DNA of 64,000 nt from an uncultured bacterium. Lineage in GTDB: Bacteria > Patescibacteriota > Microgenomatia > Levybacterales > UBA12049. A program made the translations under genes and the position numbers. Each line of letters begins with the position of its first letter. The stretch's first letter is position 1. The notes beneath the pieces are model-generated. The model was not told where the DNA came from, ran no database searches, and saw nothing but the letters and a program-made list of their open reading frames with translations. The stretch is taken from the NCBI GenBank assembly GCA_963826535.1, contig CAWGXL010000010.1:426814-490813 (forward strand), written 5' to 3'. Of this stretch, positions 46,471 through 55,794 are shown in pieces.

Positions 46471-47265
46471 ATGAAAAAACTTATAATCGATAACTATATT
46501 TTCTTCCTTTTGCCCTTTTTCGCAGCGTATTTTGCCGCATTGTATTTAGTACTTAGTTTGCAATTTTTTTACGGTGATGCGCTATCAAGGTCTTTCCACG
46601 CTTACGCGGTCTTTTTTGCCAATGAACCTAAATTTGCGAATATAGGATTTGTTTGGCCACCGTTTCCAACGCTTTTAGCTTTGCCCTTGACACTGATTAA
46701 GCCACTTAATCTATTTGGTTTTTCAGGAAATTTATTAAGTGCTGTTTTCCTGGGCATTACAAGTTTGTTTCTTAATAAGATTTTTATGTTTTTTAATATC
46801 TCTCTTTTTACGAGAATTGCATTAATGCTCCTTTTTATTTTTAACCCAATGATGCTTTTTTATGGAGCAAATGGAATGTCTGAAATGATCGGTATTTGTT
46901 TTTTAGTAGCAACTTTATTTTATTTCCTATCATATCTCAAATCCGGGGGTATCGGATATCTTATTGCTACGAGCCTCGCGACCTCACTTGCGGTAATGAC
47001 TAGGTATGAGATGGCCGCGCTTATACCGGTAATTATTTTGCTATTAGTCGTAATTAGGATAAACAGGTCCAAGTGGGAGGGTAAAAATAAAAAAAGCTTG
47101 ATCGAGCGGGATTTGTTGCTTTATGGAGCCCCGATTGCATTTACCCTGGCTTTATGGGTATTTGCGAATTGGGCTATTATGCACAACCCGTTTTACTTCA
47201 TGACAAGTGTCTATTCTAATGTTTCCCAAGCTGGTATTCTTCTAGAAAATTCGGAGTACTATTGA
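46471..47265 (+). CDS. Polytopic membrane protein (N-terminal part of possibly split gene)
   Basis: 264 aa, about 8 TM helices. Confidence 0.35.
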   Translation: MKKLIIDNYIFFLLPFFAAYFAALYLVLSLQFFYGDALSRSFHAYAVFFANEPKFANIGFVWPPFPTLLALPLTLIKPLNLFGFSGNLLSAVFLGITSLFLNKIFMFFNISLFTRIALMLLFIFNPMMLFYGANGMSEMIGICFLVATLFYFLSYLKSGGIGYLIATSLATSLAVMTRYEMAALIPVIILLLVVIRINRSKWEGKNKKSLIERDLLLYGAPIAFTLALWVFANWAIMHNPFYFMTSVYSNVSQAGILLENSEYY

Positions 47266-47343
47266 AGAATCCATAATAATATTACTTCATCCATATTATA
47301 TGTAGGACATCGAGTTGTAATTCTTTTTCCAGCGTTTATTATT

Positions 47344-48042
47344 TTGTTGGCAGTAGTATTGACGAAAGTTTTAAGAAAACATAATTGGATCCTTACTTCT
47401 GCAATACTTGCTTTACCGTTTTCAATTTTATTTTTTCATGTATTTTTACTATATAATGGGCAATCCTATGGATGGTTACGATTTTTTATTTACATCATCC
47501 CCGCTTCGTATATCTTGAGCGCTCTTATCATTTCGTACTATATGAAAAGTAGATATTATAAAATTATTGTCGGTCTTGTTTTAACACTTAATCTTTTTTC
47601 TTCTTATAGTACTTATCTTTCGATGTCTGATCCAAGATTTGGAGTGGAGGAATACAGGCTTGTTAATGCCATAACTACACAAAACCAGGAGTTGTTGGAT
47701 CATGACTCATACGTCGAGGACTTAACGATTGCAGACTATTTAACAAATAATATAACTACAGGCAAAGTCATAGTTGATGATTTTACTGGTTTCCCAATTA
47801 TTTATTTGAGCGGCAAACCTGAATTATTTATCGAAACAATAGATAAGGATTTTGAGCAAACACTTAAAAATGTTACTAACGATAAGCGTGTTCATTATAT
47901 CCTTGTCCCCAAACCAGAAGGAACAAGAACTTTAGATGCAATAAATAGAATGTATCCAACCATGTTTGATAACGGCGCGAACATTGCGGATCTTGTTATG
48001 GATTTTGGAAAGTGGAGATTATATAAAAAAATAAATACATAA
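47344..48042 (+). CDS. Membrane protein with C-terminal soluble domain (possible continuation of 46471-47265)
   Basis: Three or four TM helices then a globular region. The 78-nt gap from the upstream ORF is in a different frame. Confidence 0.3.
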   Translation: MLAVVLTKVLRKHNWILTSAILALPFSILFFHVFLLYNGQSYGWLRFFIYIIPASYILSALIISYYMKSRYYKIIVGLVLTLNLFSSYSTYLSMSDPRFGVEEYRLVNAITTQNQELLDHDSYVEDLTIADYLTNNITTGKVIVDDFTGFPIIYLSGKPELFIETIDKDFEQTLKNVTNDKRVHYILVPKPEGTRTLDAINRMYPTMFDNGANIADLVMDFGKWRLYKKINT

Positions 48043-48233
48043 GTGTAATTATTTAATGTTAAGGCACTTCTGATCCGCCTTGTGGTTCCATATCATCGTT
48101 TTATCGAATCAAACTATAATTTGTAGTATCAAGGGTATTTCTTCAAACTTTGTACTATCCATATGTTTTATAATAGAATTTACTAGTGGAGCTAAAAGTT
48201 TAAGACTAATCGCTTCCATTCGGCCTACATTCT

Positions 48234-49163
48234 ATGATCGTTAATTTATTTATTTTCGCCATCTCCCTTTTTCTCGTCATAAAAGGCGCGACAATAGCTT
48301 CAAAATATGCAGCTCGACTGGCAGAAAGTTTCAAATTGCCCAAGTATACAGTCGGCTTTATCGTTATCGCGGTCATCTCAATACTACCCGAGACGTTTAT
48401 TGCAATCAACTCCGCACTTGCGGGTGTGCCATCCTTCGGTCTCGGCATGTTGTTCGGCTCCAACATTGCGGACTTGACCCTCGTTTTCGCGATCATTGTA
48501 ATGTTTGCAGGCAGAGGGATAAAAATACAAAGCAAGGTTTTGAAAAATAACCAGGCCTATCCACTTTGGCTACTTTTGCCGATTGCTTTAGGACTTGACG
48601 GCCATTATTCCCGAGTTGACGCAGTGATATTAATAATCATCGGTGCTGTATTTTATTACCTGGCCTTCAAAAATAGCGTTGTCAGCACGACATCCTCAAA
48701 CCATAGCAACAACCGCCTCAAAAACATAAGTCTATTGCTTATTGGCATGGTCATTTTGTTAACAGGTTCTCATTTCACAGTTACGTCCGCATCATCCCTG
48801 GCTAAAGCATTGCAAGTGAGTCCGATCTTGATCGGTATGCTTATTGTAGGCTTAGGCACAACCATGCCTGAACTATTCTTTTCACTCAAATCGGTAAAAA
48901 AACAAGACGATGCACTGGCAGTAGGGGACATACTTGGAACAGTACTCGCTGACGCCACCATAGTAGTCGGAGTCATAGCTCTGATCAGTCCATTCTACTT
49001 TCCCCAAAAAATTATTTATATCACTGGTTTGTTCATGCTAGGTGCATCAATTATTCTGTTACAATTCATGCGTTCAGACCGAACGCTGACCAAAACTGAA
49101 GCTTATTTACTCTTCCTTTATTGGCTTATTTTCGTTCTGGTAGAATTAGTAGCAAATCAATAA
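48234..49163 (+). CDS. Ca2+/Na+ antiporter (CaCA family, YrbG-like)
   Basis: Two alpha-repeats GSNIADLTLVFAII and GTTMPELFFSL with 5+5 TM topology. Confidence 0.75.
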   Translation: MIVNLFIFAISLFLVIKGATIASKYAARLAESFKLPKYTVGFIVIAVISILPETFIAINSALAGVPSFGLGMLFGSNIADLTLVFAIIVMFAGRGIKIQSKVLKNNQAYPLWLLLPIALGLDGHYSRVDAVILIIIGAVFYYLAFKNSVVSTTSSNHSNNRLKNISLLLIGMVILLTGSHFTVTSASSLAKALQVSPILIGMLIVGLGTTMPELFFSLKSVKKQDDALAVGDILGTVLADATIVVGVIALISPFYFPQKIIYITGLFMLGASIILLQFMRSDRTLTKTEAYLLFLYWLIFVLVELVANQ

Positions 49164-49180
49164 TCAACAGTATTAAATCT

Positions 49181-50140
49181 CTATCCCCCCGTATATTCCG
49201 GAGGTTCGATGCCCAAACTACTTAATGAATAATCCAGAAGCTCTTTCATCTCCTTCCTCCTGCTCTCGCTATTCAAAATAATCCCTATAATTCTATGTCC
49301 TCCATAGTCCAAATATGTCACCAGACAAAATCCTGCTTCAGGCGTATATCCGGTCTTTACCCCTTTCACCCCCGGATACGTTGTAAGCAAATTAGTTTCG
49401 TTAAAAAGGCCATATCCTTTGTGACCTGAAGTCGCCAGAACATCATAGCTCGGACTGGAGACAATTTTTTCAAACAGTGGAAAATTTTCAATCGCGTACC
49501 GTGTAATAACCAACAAATCATAAGCTGTGGTATATTGCTCCCCATCTCCCTGCAAGCCTGAGGGATTACTGAATCGAGTATCTTTAAGCCCCAGAGCAAG
49601 TGCTTTGTCATTCATTGCCTTTATAAAACCCTCGCGACTGCCGTCTATATAGTTTCTGGCCAAAACCTCTGCCGCATCGTTACCTGATGGCAGCAATAGA
49701 CCATACAACAATTCCTCTCTGGACAATATTTCACCCGTTCCAAGCCCCATTATGTTTTCTCCGACCAAATCTACCCCCAAAACCTCGTAGTTGGCCTCTT
49801 TGCCTTTTTCAAGAGCGATAATTGCTGTCATAACTTTACTCAAAGACGCCATAGGTCTCCGAATTCTTGGATTTTTCTCAAAGAGCACCTTTTCTGTACT
49901 CAAGTCATAAACCAAAACGGAGTCGGCAGTAATCTCCGGCATACTATTTTCGCTGCCATAAGCCTCTGTCCAGAAAGGCAACCAAAGATCAAGCAAGGTT
50001 ACCTGTTTATTTTTCTCAAGAGTCAAAAAATCAGGCAGCGGGGAAATCAATGAAGCGTCATCTCGCAATCGCAATTCAAAAAACCAAAACAAACCTGTAA
50101 AGATAACCGACAGAACCACAATAGATAAAAAATGCTTCAT
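49181..50140 (-). CDS. D-alanyl-D-alanine carboxypeptidase (PBP5/DacA-type serine peptidase)
   Basis: SXXK ASLSKVMT, SXN LLPSGNDAA, KTG GVKTGYTPEAG. N-terminal signal anchor. Confidence 0.85.
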   Translation of the reverse strand: MKHFLSIVVLSVIFTGLFWFFELRLRDDASLISPLPDFLTLEKNKQVTLLDLWLPFWTEAYGSENSMPEITADSVLVYDLSTEKVLFEKNPRIRRPMASLSKVMTAIIALEKGKEANYEVLGVDLVGENIMGLGTGEILSREELLYGLLLPSGNDAAEVLARNYIDGSREGFIKAMNDKALALGLKDTRFSNPSGLQGDGEQYTTAYDLLVITRYAIENFPLFEKIVSSPSYDVLATSGHKGYGLFNETNLLTTYPGVKGVKTGYTPEAGFCLVTYLDYGGHRIIGIILNSESRRKEMKELLDYSLSSLGIEPPEYTGG

Positions 50141-50307
50141 AATTGAATATCTTGAGGAATAGCTTCTATCCTAGTAGATTTTACCGACTTTTACAAGAGT
50201 TTAAATAATCTGATCTATTTAGATATTATTCGACATAATTGACAAAACCTCATCAATAATCTATTCTAAATAGAGTAATAACTACACAAGAAAGGGGGTG
50301 AGTAAAA

Positions 50308-50892
50308 ATGTTAATAAAATTAATCTTAAGTCTTATTATAATAGTCGGAGTCGGCGCAGCAGCATTCTCGGCAACTAGTGCGCTTTTATCCGATACTGCT
50401 ATATTGGCAGCTAATACTTTTAGTACAGGCACTTTTGATTTGCAAATTTCTAAAAGTACTTCCAGTAATCCTACTACATTCGCATCAGATTCAATTACCG
50501 GTTTTACTGATACTTTTCTACCGGGACAAAGCAAATCAAAAACATTTTGGTTAAAAAATAACAGCACGGATATAGATTTCGCGACAGCAGCGCAATCATC
50601 CAGTATTAGTGGGGAAATTAGCCCAGGTAGTGTAACAGTTGCATTTACACCTGTTAGCAACGATGACACTTCCGTTGTAGGAACAGCAACATCACACACA
50701 TTAACTGAATGGGGATCAGTATCTGCTTTAGACAGCAATATTGGTCATGGCGGAAAACAAAGATATAGGATGGAAGTTACACTTGATCCAAGCGTAACAA
50801 CAACTGGCTCTATTAACTTTGATTTCGTCTTTACGGGCACAGAAGTCGTACCTGCACCAACGGTTACGCCTACTGTGACACCAACACCGTAA
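50308..50892 (+). CDS. SipW-cognate (TasA/camelysin-like) secreted fibre protein candidate
   Basis: SD AAAGGGGGTGA. N-terminal LIIIVGVGAAAFSATSALLSDTAILAANTFSTGTFDL matches the SipW-cognate signal region (A.FSDTE..NTF.AGT.DL). Thr/Pro-rich C-terminus. Confidence 0.6.
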   Translation: MLIKLILSLIIIVGVGAAAFSATSALLSDTAILAANTFSTGTFDLQISKSTSSNPTTFASDSITGFTDTFLPGQSKSKTFWLKNNSTDIDFATAAQSSSISGEISPGSVTVAFTPVSNDDTSVVGTATSHTLTEWGSVSALDSNIGHGGKQRYRMEVTLDPSVTTTGSINFDFVFTGTEVVPAPTVTPTVTPTP

Positions 50893-50986
50893 TAGGATGG
50901 GTTTAAATAGTGCAAAACTCAACCTTTATATGGTCAAGAATTCACCCCCTCTCTCGCAAAAAACGGGAGAGGGGAAGACTAAAAAA

Positions 50987-51958
50987 ATGAAAAATGTAAT
51001 TAAAAATTTTGTGATTATTTTCGTTTTACTTATTGGTTTTACTTTATTTGTGTTATCTAACCAGACACTCGGATGGAGAGCCTTTATTGTTACCTCCGCC
51101 TCAATGGAACCCGCTGTCGGTACCGGGTCCTTAGTAGTAACACAATACAAACATCCTAATACATTATCTAAAAACGACATTATTACCTTTATCCCTCCAA
51201 TAAAGACACACGCATTTATCACCCATCGTATTAGTAAAGTATCTCAAAATAAAAGTCTAACGACTTTCAAAACAAAAGGTGATAATAACAAAAACGAAGA
51301 CAAATGGACGCTCGCAGGCGGGGGAGTAGTTGGAAAAGTCACCTACATAATTCCATATCTTGGATTTTTTATGTCCTTTGTCCAAAGCAAAATAGGCATC
51401 CTCCTTTTCATCCTCCTTCCGGCTGTATACATCATTATTGATGAAATATTTAATATTGCAAAAACCATCAAGCACCACAAAAAGAAAATAATCCCGGCAA
51501 ATGAAATATCAACTACTGCATTATTAATTTTTTTAAGCTCCATATTTTTCCCGCTTCAACCGGCCTACGCGCTCCTGTCTGACTCTGCAGGTCTGACCAA
51601 TAATACTTTTACAGTAAATTCTATTACCCCAACCGTTACACCTTTCGAATTCCCTAGCTGTAAGGATCCGCACGGAACGATTATCTCATCATACAAGACA
51701 GGAAGGCACGAAATTATCGGTGTGGGGTTGCTTATTGGTAGCGATACTGTATATCAGTTAACTGAAGGTTCCAAAGAAAAAGTACTGCAGTGCTTCTGTC
51801 CTGAATCAGGACCAGGTATTCAAACAAATTGGATTAAGACAACAGAAATAGAAAGGTTTAAATTTGACGGATGGCCGCATTCTATCACCTCCGGCCTTAG
51901 TTGGAATCTAGACGACAACCCGTATGTAGCACAAAATATTGAATATACTTGCAATTAA
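50987..51958 (+). CDS. Signal peptidase I, SipW/archaeal type, fused to a C-terminal SipW-cognate-like domain
   Basis: VTSASMEPAVGTGS (catalytic Ser box SxSMEP). Conserved His region ITHRISKV. After a second TM: PLQPAYALLSDSAGLTNNTFTVNSI, a cognate-signal-like motif, then ~150 aa Cys-containing domain. Confidence 0.65.
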   Translation: MKNVIKNFVIIFVLLIGFTLFVLSNQTLGWRAFIVTSASMEPAVGTGSLVVTQYKHPNTLSKNDIITFIPPIKTHAFITHRISKVSQNKSLTTFKTKGDNNKNEDKWTLAGGGVVGKVTYIIPYLGFFMSFVQSKIGILLFILLPAVYIIIDEIFNIAKTIKHHKKKIIPANEISTTALLIFLSSIFFPLQPAYALLSDSAGLTNNTFTVNSITPTVTPFEFPSCKDPHGTIISSYKTGRHEIIGVGLLIGSDTVYQLTEGSKEKVLQCFCPESGPGIQTNWIKTTEIERFKFDGWPHSITSGLSWNLDDNPYVAQNIEYTCN

Positions 51959-51965
51959 GCGGAAA

Positions 51966-52523
51966 CTATTCTTTTACAGCCAATGTTGCATCACTCTTAT
52001 AGACTGCGACTGCGACCATTCTTTGCGAATCCAAAAACCCTGTGCAAGTATACAAAGTTATCCTTTTATCCTTTGAGGGAGCCAAAATACTCGACTGTGT
52101 ATAAGGAACAACTGAGGTATATTGAACAATAAACTTTTTTCTTGTTTTATCTTCATACTCTACATCAATATCCATATCCGGCCGGATATTGACCAATGGT
52201 CCGAACAAGCTCGCCCAATCATGGGCATAAATTATGCTGTTACCTGTATTTCCGGGAATTGGTGAAGAAAGTAGATAGGATGCACCTTTAGTTGTAGTTT
52301 GCCACTCACTTTTGACAACTTTAGCCGGAAAGATAGGTAGATCAATACCCAAATCCCGAATAGTAATCCTAACCGGCGGATTAACCACCGCTTCTTCCTT
52401 ATAATTTCCAACATAATTCTTAAAAGCCAACCTATTCGGGTTATTCCGCTCCCATATTAGAAAAACTGCAGCAATAAAACAGACAATTCCAAAAAAAAGC
52501 AATAAATATGCAATCCTTTTCAT
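51966..52523 (-). CDS. Sortase (transpeptidase) 2
   Basis: N-terminal TM. His in SIIYAHDWAS. Catalytic TLXTC: RITLYTCTG. Confidence 0.7.
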   Translation of the reverse strand: MKRIAYLLLFFGIVCFIAAVFLIWERNNPNRLAFKNYVGNYKEEAVVNPPVRITIRDLGIDLPIFPAKVVKSEWQTTTKGASYLLSSPIPGNTGNSIIYAHDWASLFGPLVNIRPDMDIDVEYEDKTRKKFIVQYTSVVPYTQSSILAPSKDKRITLYTCTGFLDSQRMVAVAVYKSDATLAVKE

Positions 52524-52561
52524 AATTACTATATTAATAATATCGAGTTGAGTTTCAAATT

Positions 52562-53269
52562 TTACGACTTGCTTAATTTCTTTAAAACAAGCCCGGAGAT
52601 AAGGGAGATTGCTCCTGCAATAATGACCGAATAGATAAATGCTGCGTTTCCTGTGCTTGCAAGTGATTCATGCGCACCCCCAACTTGACCGGTAACAAGT
52701 GCTGGTGTTGCAGTTGGACCCGGCCCTGGTGTGCTTGTAGGCCCTGGTGTAGGCGTGCTAGTAGGCCCTGTAGTCGCTGTAGGGGTCGGTGTAGGCGTCA
52801 CAACCACTTCTCCGCAGTCTTTCACTGTATACACTTTAGCATCCATTGCGTATGCGTAATAAGGTTTTTCCTCAAGATAACGATTTCCTCGTATTAGATC
52901 TGTTTGCACCCTACATGAATTACTGTCACCTTCAAGAGAAATCGTTTCAGTTTTACCCGACGCTACTTTTACGGTTTTATGAGTAATGTATACCTGGCTA
53001 TCAATAAAACTAGGTGAATTTTCTTCTTGAGGAGCCTCATACTTTACCAATGTTGCGTCGTATTCACAAGCTTTGTTCTTTGAAAAGTTAGTAACTGTAG
53101 CATTATTTTTATCCAACAGCTGCCCTTGCAAATCTACATCTATATCACCATCACATACCTCGGTTGTTTGATTTTCCTCTGTAGTAGCAAGTACAACAGA
53201 AGCAGACAAGGTCAAACAAGTAGTGACCAAAATGAGCGGTAGAGTAATATTAAGTAAAATAGTTTTCAT
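52562..53269 (-). CDS. LAXTG-type cell-wall-anchored Thr/Pro-rich surface protein
   Basis: Signal peptide. TPTPTPTATTGPTSTPTPGPTSTPGPGPTATP stalk. Sorting signal LASTG, then hydrophobic segment, then KKLSKS. Confidence 0.7.
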   Translation of the reverse strand: MKTILLNITLPLILVTTCLTLSASVVLATTEENQTTEVCDGDIDVDLQGQLLDKNNATVTNFSKNKACEYDATLVKYEAPQEENSPSFIDSQVYITHKTVKVASGKTETISLEGDSNSCRVQTDLIRGNRYLEEKPYYAYAMDAKVYTVKDCGEVVVTPTPTPTATTGPTSTPTPGPTSTPGPGPTATPALVTGQVGGAHESLASTGNAAFIYSVIIAGAISLISGLVLKKLSKS

Positions 53270-53346
53270 AGAAAAAGACCTATATTAAATGTAAAGAGGA
53301 TTATAGCATACCAAAATAGGTATGTCAATAGTATATACTATATACC

Positions 53347-53691
53347 TTAAAGTTCCTGTAGAATTACTATAGCGTCACCTAAATTATCGTAATATTCAAC
53401 TTTAAGAATGTGCACGCCCTCGGTAAGTGTGACTGTTGGTGTATATGTTGTAATATCATGGTCAGTCCAATCATCTACGAGTAATTGGTCATCAACCCAA
53501 AATCGAACACCGTCATTTGATTGAAGGCTAAAAGAATAGTCACCAGCCGCGAATTGTTTCTCCTTAATCCATCGGGCTGAAAACTGATCTACATTTACTA
53601 ATGGATCCGGCGAGCCTGCACCCCAATTAAAATTAATTTGTGCGTCCTGACGAGTCAGAACTGGAGCGCCCGTCAATGCGATATTATTGAA
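53347..53691 (-). CDS. PA14 domain protein, C-terminal fragment truncated at the compositional junction
   Basis: NIALTGAPVLTRQDAQINFNWGAGSPDP...DQFSARW...GDYSFSLQSNDGVRFWVDDQLLVDDW is a canonical PA14 fold. The apparent N-terminus MLEPGLLHF is antisense of the fumC start region, so the true 5' end is missing. Confidence 0.6.
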   Translation of the reverse strand, partial: FNNIALTGAPVLTRQDAQINFNWGAGSPDPLVNVDQFSARWIKEKQFAAGDYSFSLQSNDGVRFWVDDQLLVDDWTDHDITTYTPTVTLTEGVHILKVEYYDNLGDAIVILQEL

Positions 53692-55114
53692 ATGCAGCAA
53701 ACCAGGCTCGAGCACGACTCGCTCGGGCCGGTGCCGGTCCCGCGGACCGGCTGTGGGGCGCGCAGACCGAGCGGTCGCGCACCCATTTCGCGATCGGCGA
53801 CCCCGACGTCTACCGGTGGCCGCGCGGCGGTGATTCGCGCGTTCGGCTGGTCAAGGCCGCCGCCGCCGATGCGAACCTGCAGCTCGGGGTGATCGACGCC
53901 GACGTCGCCGCGCTCATCGCGCAGGCGTCGCTGGAAGTGGCCGCCGGCGAGTGGGACGCGAGTTCCCGCTCGGCGTGTTCCAGACCGGCTCGGGCACGCA
54001 CACGCAACATGAACGCCAACGAGGTGATCGCCAACCGCGCCAATCAGCTCGCGCGGCGGCGCGCTCGGCAGCGTATCGGCCCGTGCACCCCAACGACCAC
54101 GTGAACCGCGGGCAGTCGTCGAACGACGTGTTCCCGGCCGTCATGCACCTGGCGACGCTCGAGGCGCTCGAACGGCTCGAGCCGGCGGTCGCCGCGCTGC
54201 GCGGCCGCGCTCGTGCGAGTCACGCCGCGCGCTGGCACGACCTGCCGATGCTGGGCCGCACGCACCTGCAGGACGCCACGCCGATCATGCTCGGCGACGT
54301 CGTGGCCAGCTGGACGGCGCAGATCGATCAGCGCCTGGACGCGGCTGGCGCAGGCGCGGCGCGGGCTGCACGCGCTGCCGCTCGGCGGCACTGCCGTCGG
54401 CACAGGGCTCAACGCGCCATCGCGACTTCGGGCGCGCTGGCGATCGCCGCCTGGCCGACGCGACCGGCTATCCGCTGCGCCAGGCACCGAACCTGCCCGC
54501 GGCCCTCGCCGCGCACGACGCCATGGCGACGGTGAGCGCCGCGCTGCGGGCCTGGCCGGGGCGCTCTTCAAGATGGCCAACGACATCCGGCTTACGCGTT
54601 CGGGGCCGCGCGCGGGCCTGGGCGAGCTGCGGCTGCCGGCCAACGAGCCGGGCTCGTCGATCATGCCGGGCAAGGTGAACCCCAGCCAGTGCGAGGCGCT
54701 GACGATGGTGGCGGTGCACGTCTTCGGCTGCGACGCCGCCGTGGCGTGGGCCAACGCCCAGGGTCCGCTGCAGCTGAACGTCTACAAGCCCGTGATCCTC
54801 CACAACGTGCTCGAACCGGCGCGGCTGCTGCGCGACGCGTGACGTGGCGTTCACACGCTACTGCGCTCGACGGGCTCGAGCCGGGCCGGCGCGCATCGAG
54901 GCGCATCTGCAGGCCTCGCTGATGCTCGTGACCGCGCTCGTGCCGCACATCGGCTACGACCGCGCCGCGAAGTCGCGCTGGCGCCCATCGCGAAGGACGC
55001 GCGCTGCGGGAGGCGGCGGTGGACTCGGGCGTGGTGAGCGCGGACAACTTCGACGGGTGGGTGCGCCCGGCGGAGATGGCGCGTCCCCATGGCCCGAAAG
55101 TGGCCGGGGACTAG
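53692..55114 (+). pseudogene. fumC: Fumarate hydratase class II (fumC-like), reading frame broken by at least 4 frameshifts
   Basis: [85 protein letters not shown] and LVTALVPHIGYDRAAK are found across frames 1, 0, 2, 0, 1. Confidence 0.7.
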
Positions 55115-55136
55115 CTCTGCAGTGATTTCCGGCGGC

Positions 55137-55430
55137 CTACTGGCCAGTGTAGGACATCATCCCCAGACCGATCAGCCAGGCGGCCAGCCAGATCTGGGCC
55201 ACGGCAACGAAGAAGTCCTTGCGCGTCTGGCGCACCGGATCGTCTTCGTGCGTGTCGTGGTGCGTGTCGTGTGACATCAGTGGTTCCCCCAGGGCGAGTG
55301 ACGTGTCGCTTATGAGCACAGGGTGTGCCAATTCAGAACGCGCGAAAAACTGGGATTTCGGCGTGTATTGTCTCCCCCAGTGGGAACTTGTCGTAATACC
55401 CCCGTGAAACGGGCACCTCACTTCTTCCAT
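55137..55430 (-). CDS. Small His-rich membrane hypothetical protein
   Basis: MSHDTHHDTHEDDPVRQTRKDFFVAVAQIWLAAWLIGLGMMSY; one TM. Weak. Confidence 0.25.
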   Translation of the reverse strand: MEEVRCPFHGGITTSSHWGRQYTPKSQFFARSELAHPVLISDTSLALGEPLMSHDTHHDTHEDDPVRQTRKDFFVAVAQIWLAAWLIGLGMMSYTGQ

Positions 55431-55794
55431 GTGGCCTGGATGGGCTGGCGTTAATGGAACAGCTGTAGCCCGGGAGCCAATCGTCCGCCTGGGGGTTCAT
55501 GACGTCCGCCGGTCGCCGGTCGTTCGCGCTGCTGTGGTGCGCCTTCTTCGTGAACCTGACGGTCGCGTCGCCGCCTGGTCAGGGTCCAGGCCTAGGCAGT
55601 GCCGCACCGGGATCGCCAGGGCGGAGAGCGCGTCGAGACTTTGCGGCCCCCTCTTCCAGGCGCGCTCAACGGCGCGGCCGCCGTGAGCGTCGTCGACTGA
55701 CAGCGGCTCGGCCTCTTGACAGATATCTGTTACAGATATATCTGTCACGGCTACGTCATGGAGTCCCGCACGCCTACGTCTTCTTCCCGTCCTG

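Noticed and set aside
53692-53715. N-terminus MLEPGLLHF of the PA14 ORF as a genuine start
   Set aside because: These codons are the reverse complement of the high-GC fumC start region beyond the compositional junction. The PA14 domain begins immediately after them, so the protein is a 5'-truncated fragment rather than a complete 122 aa gene.
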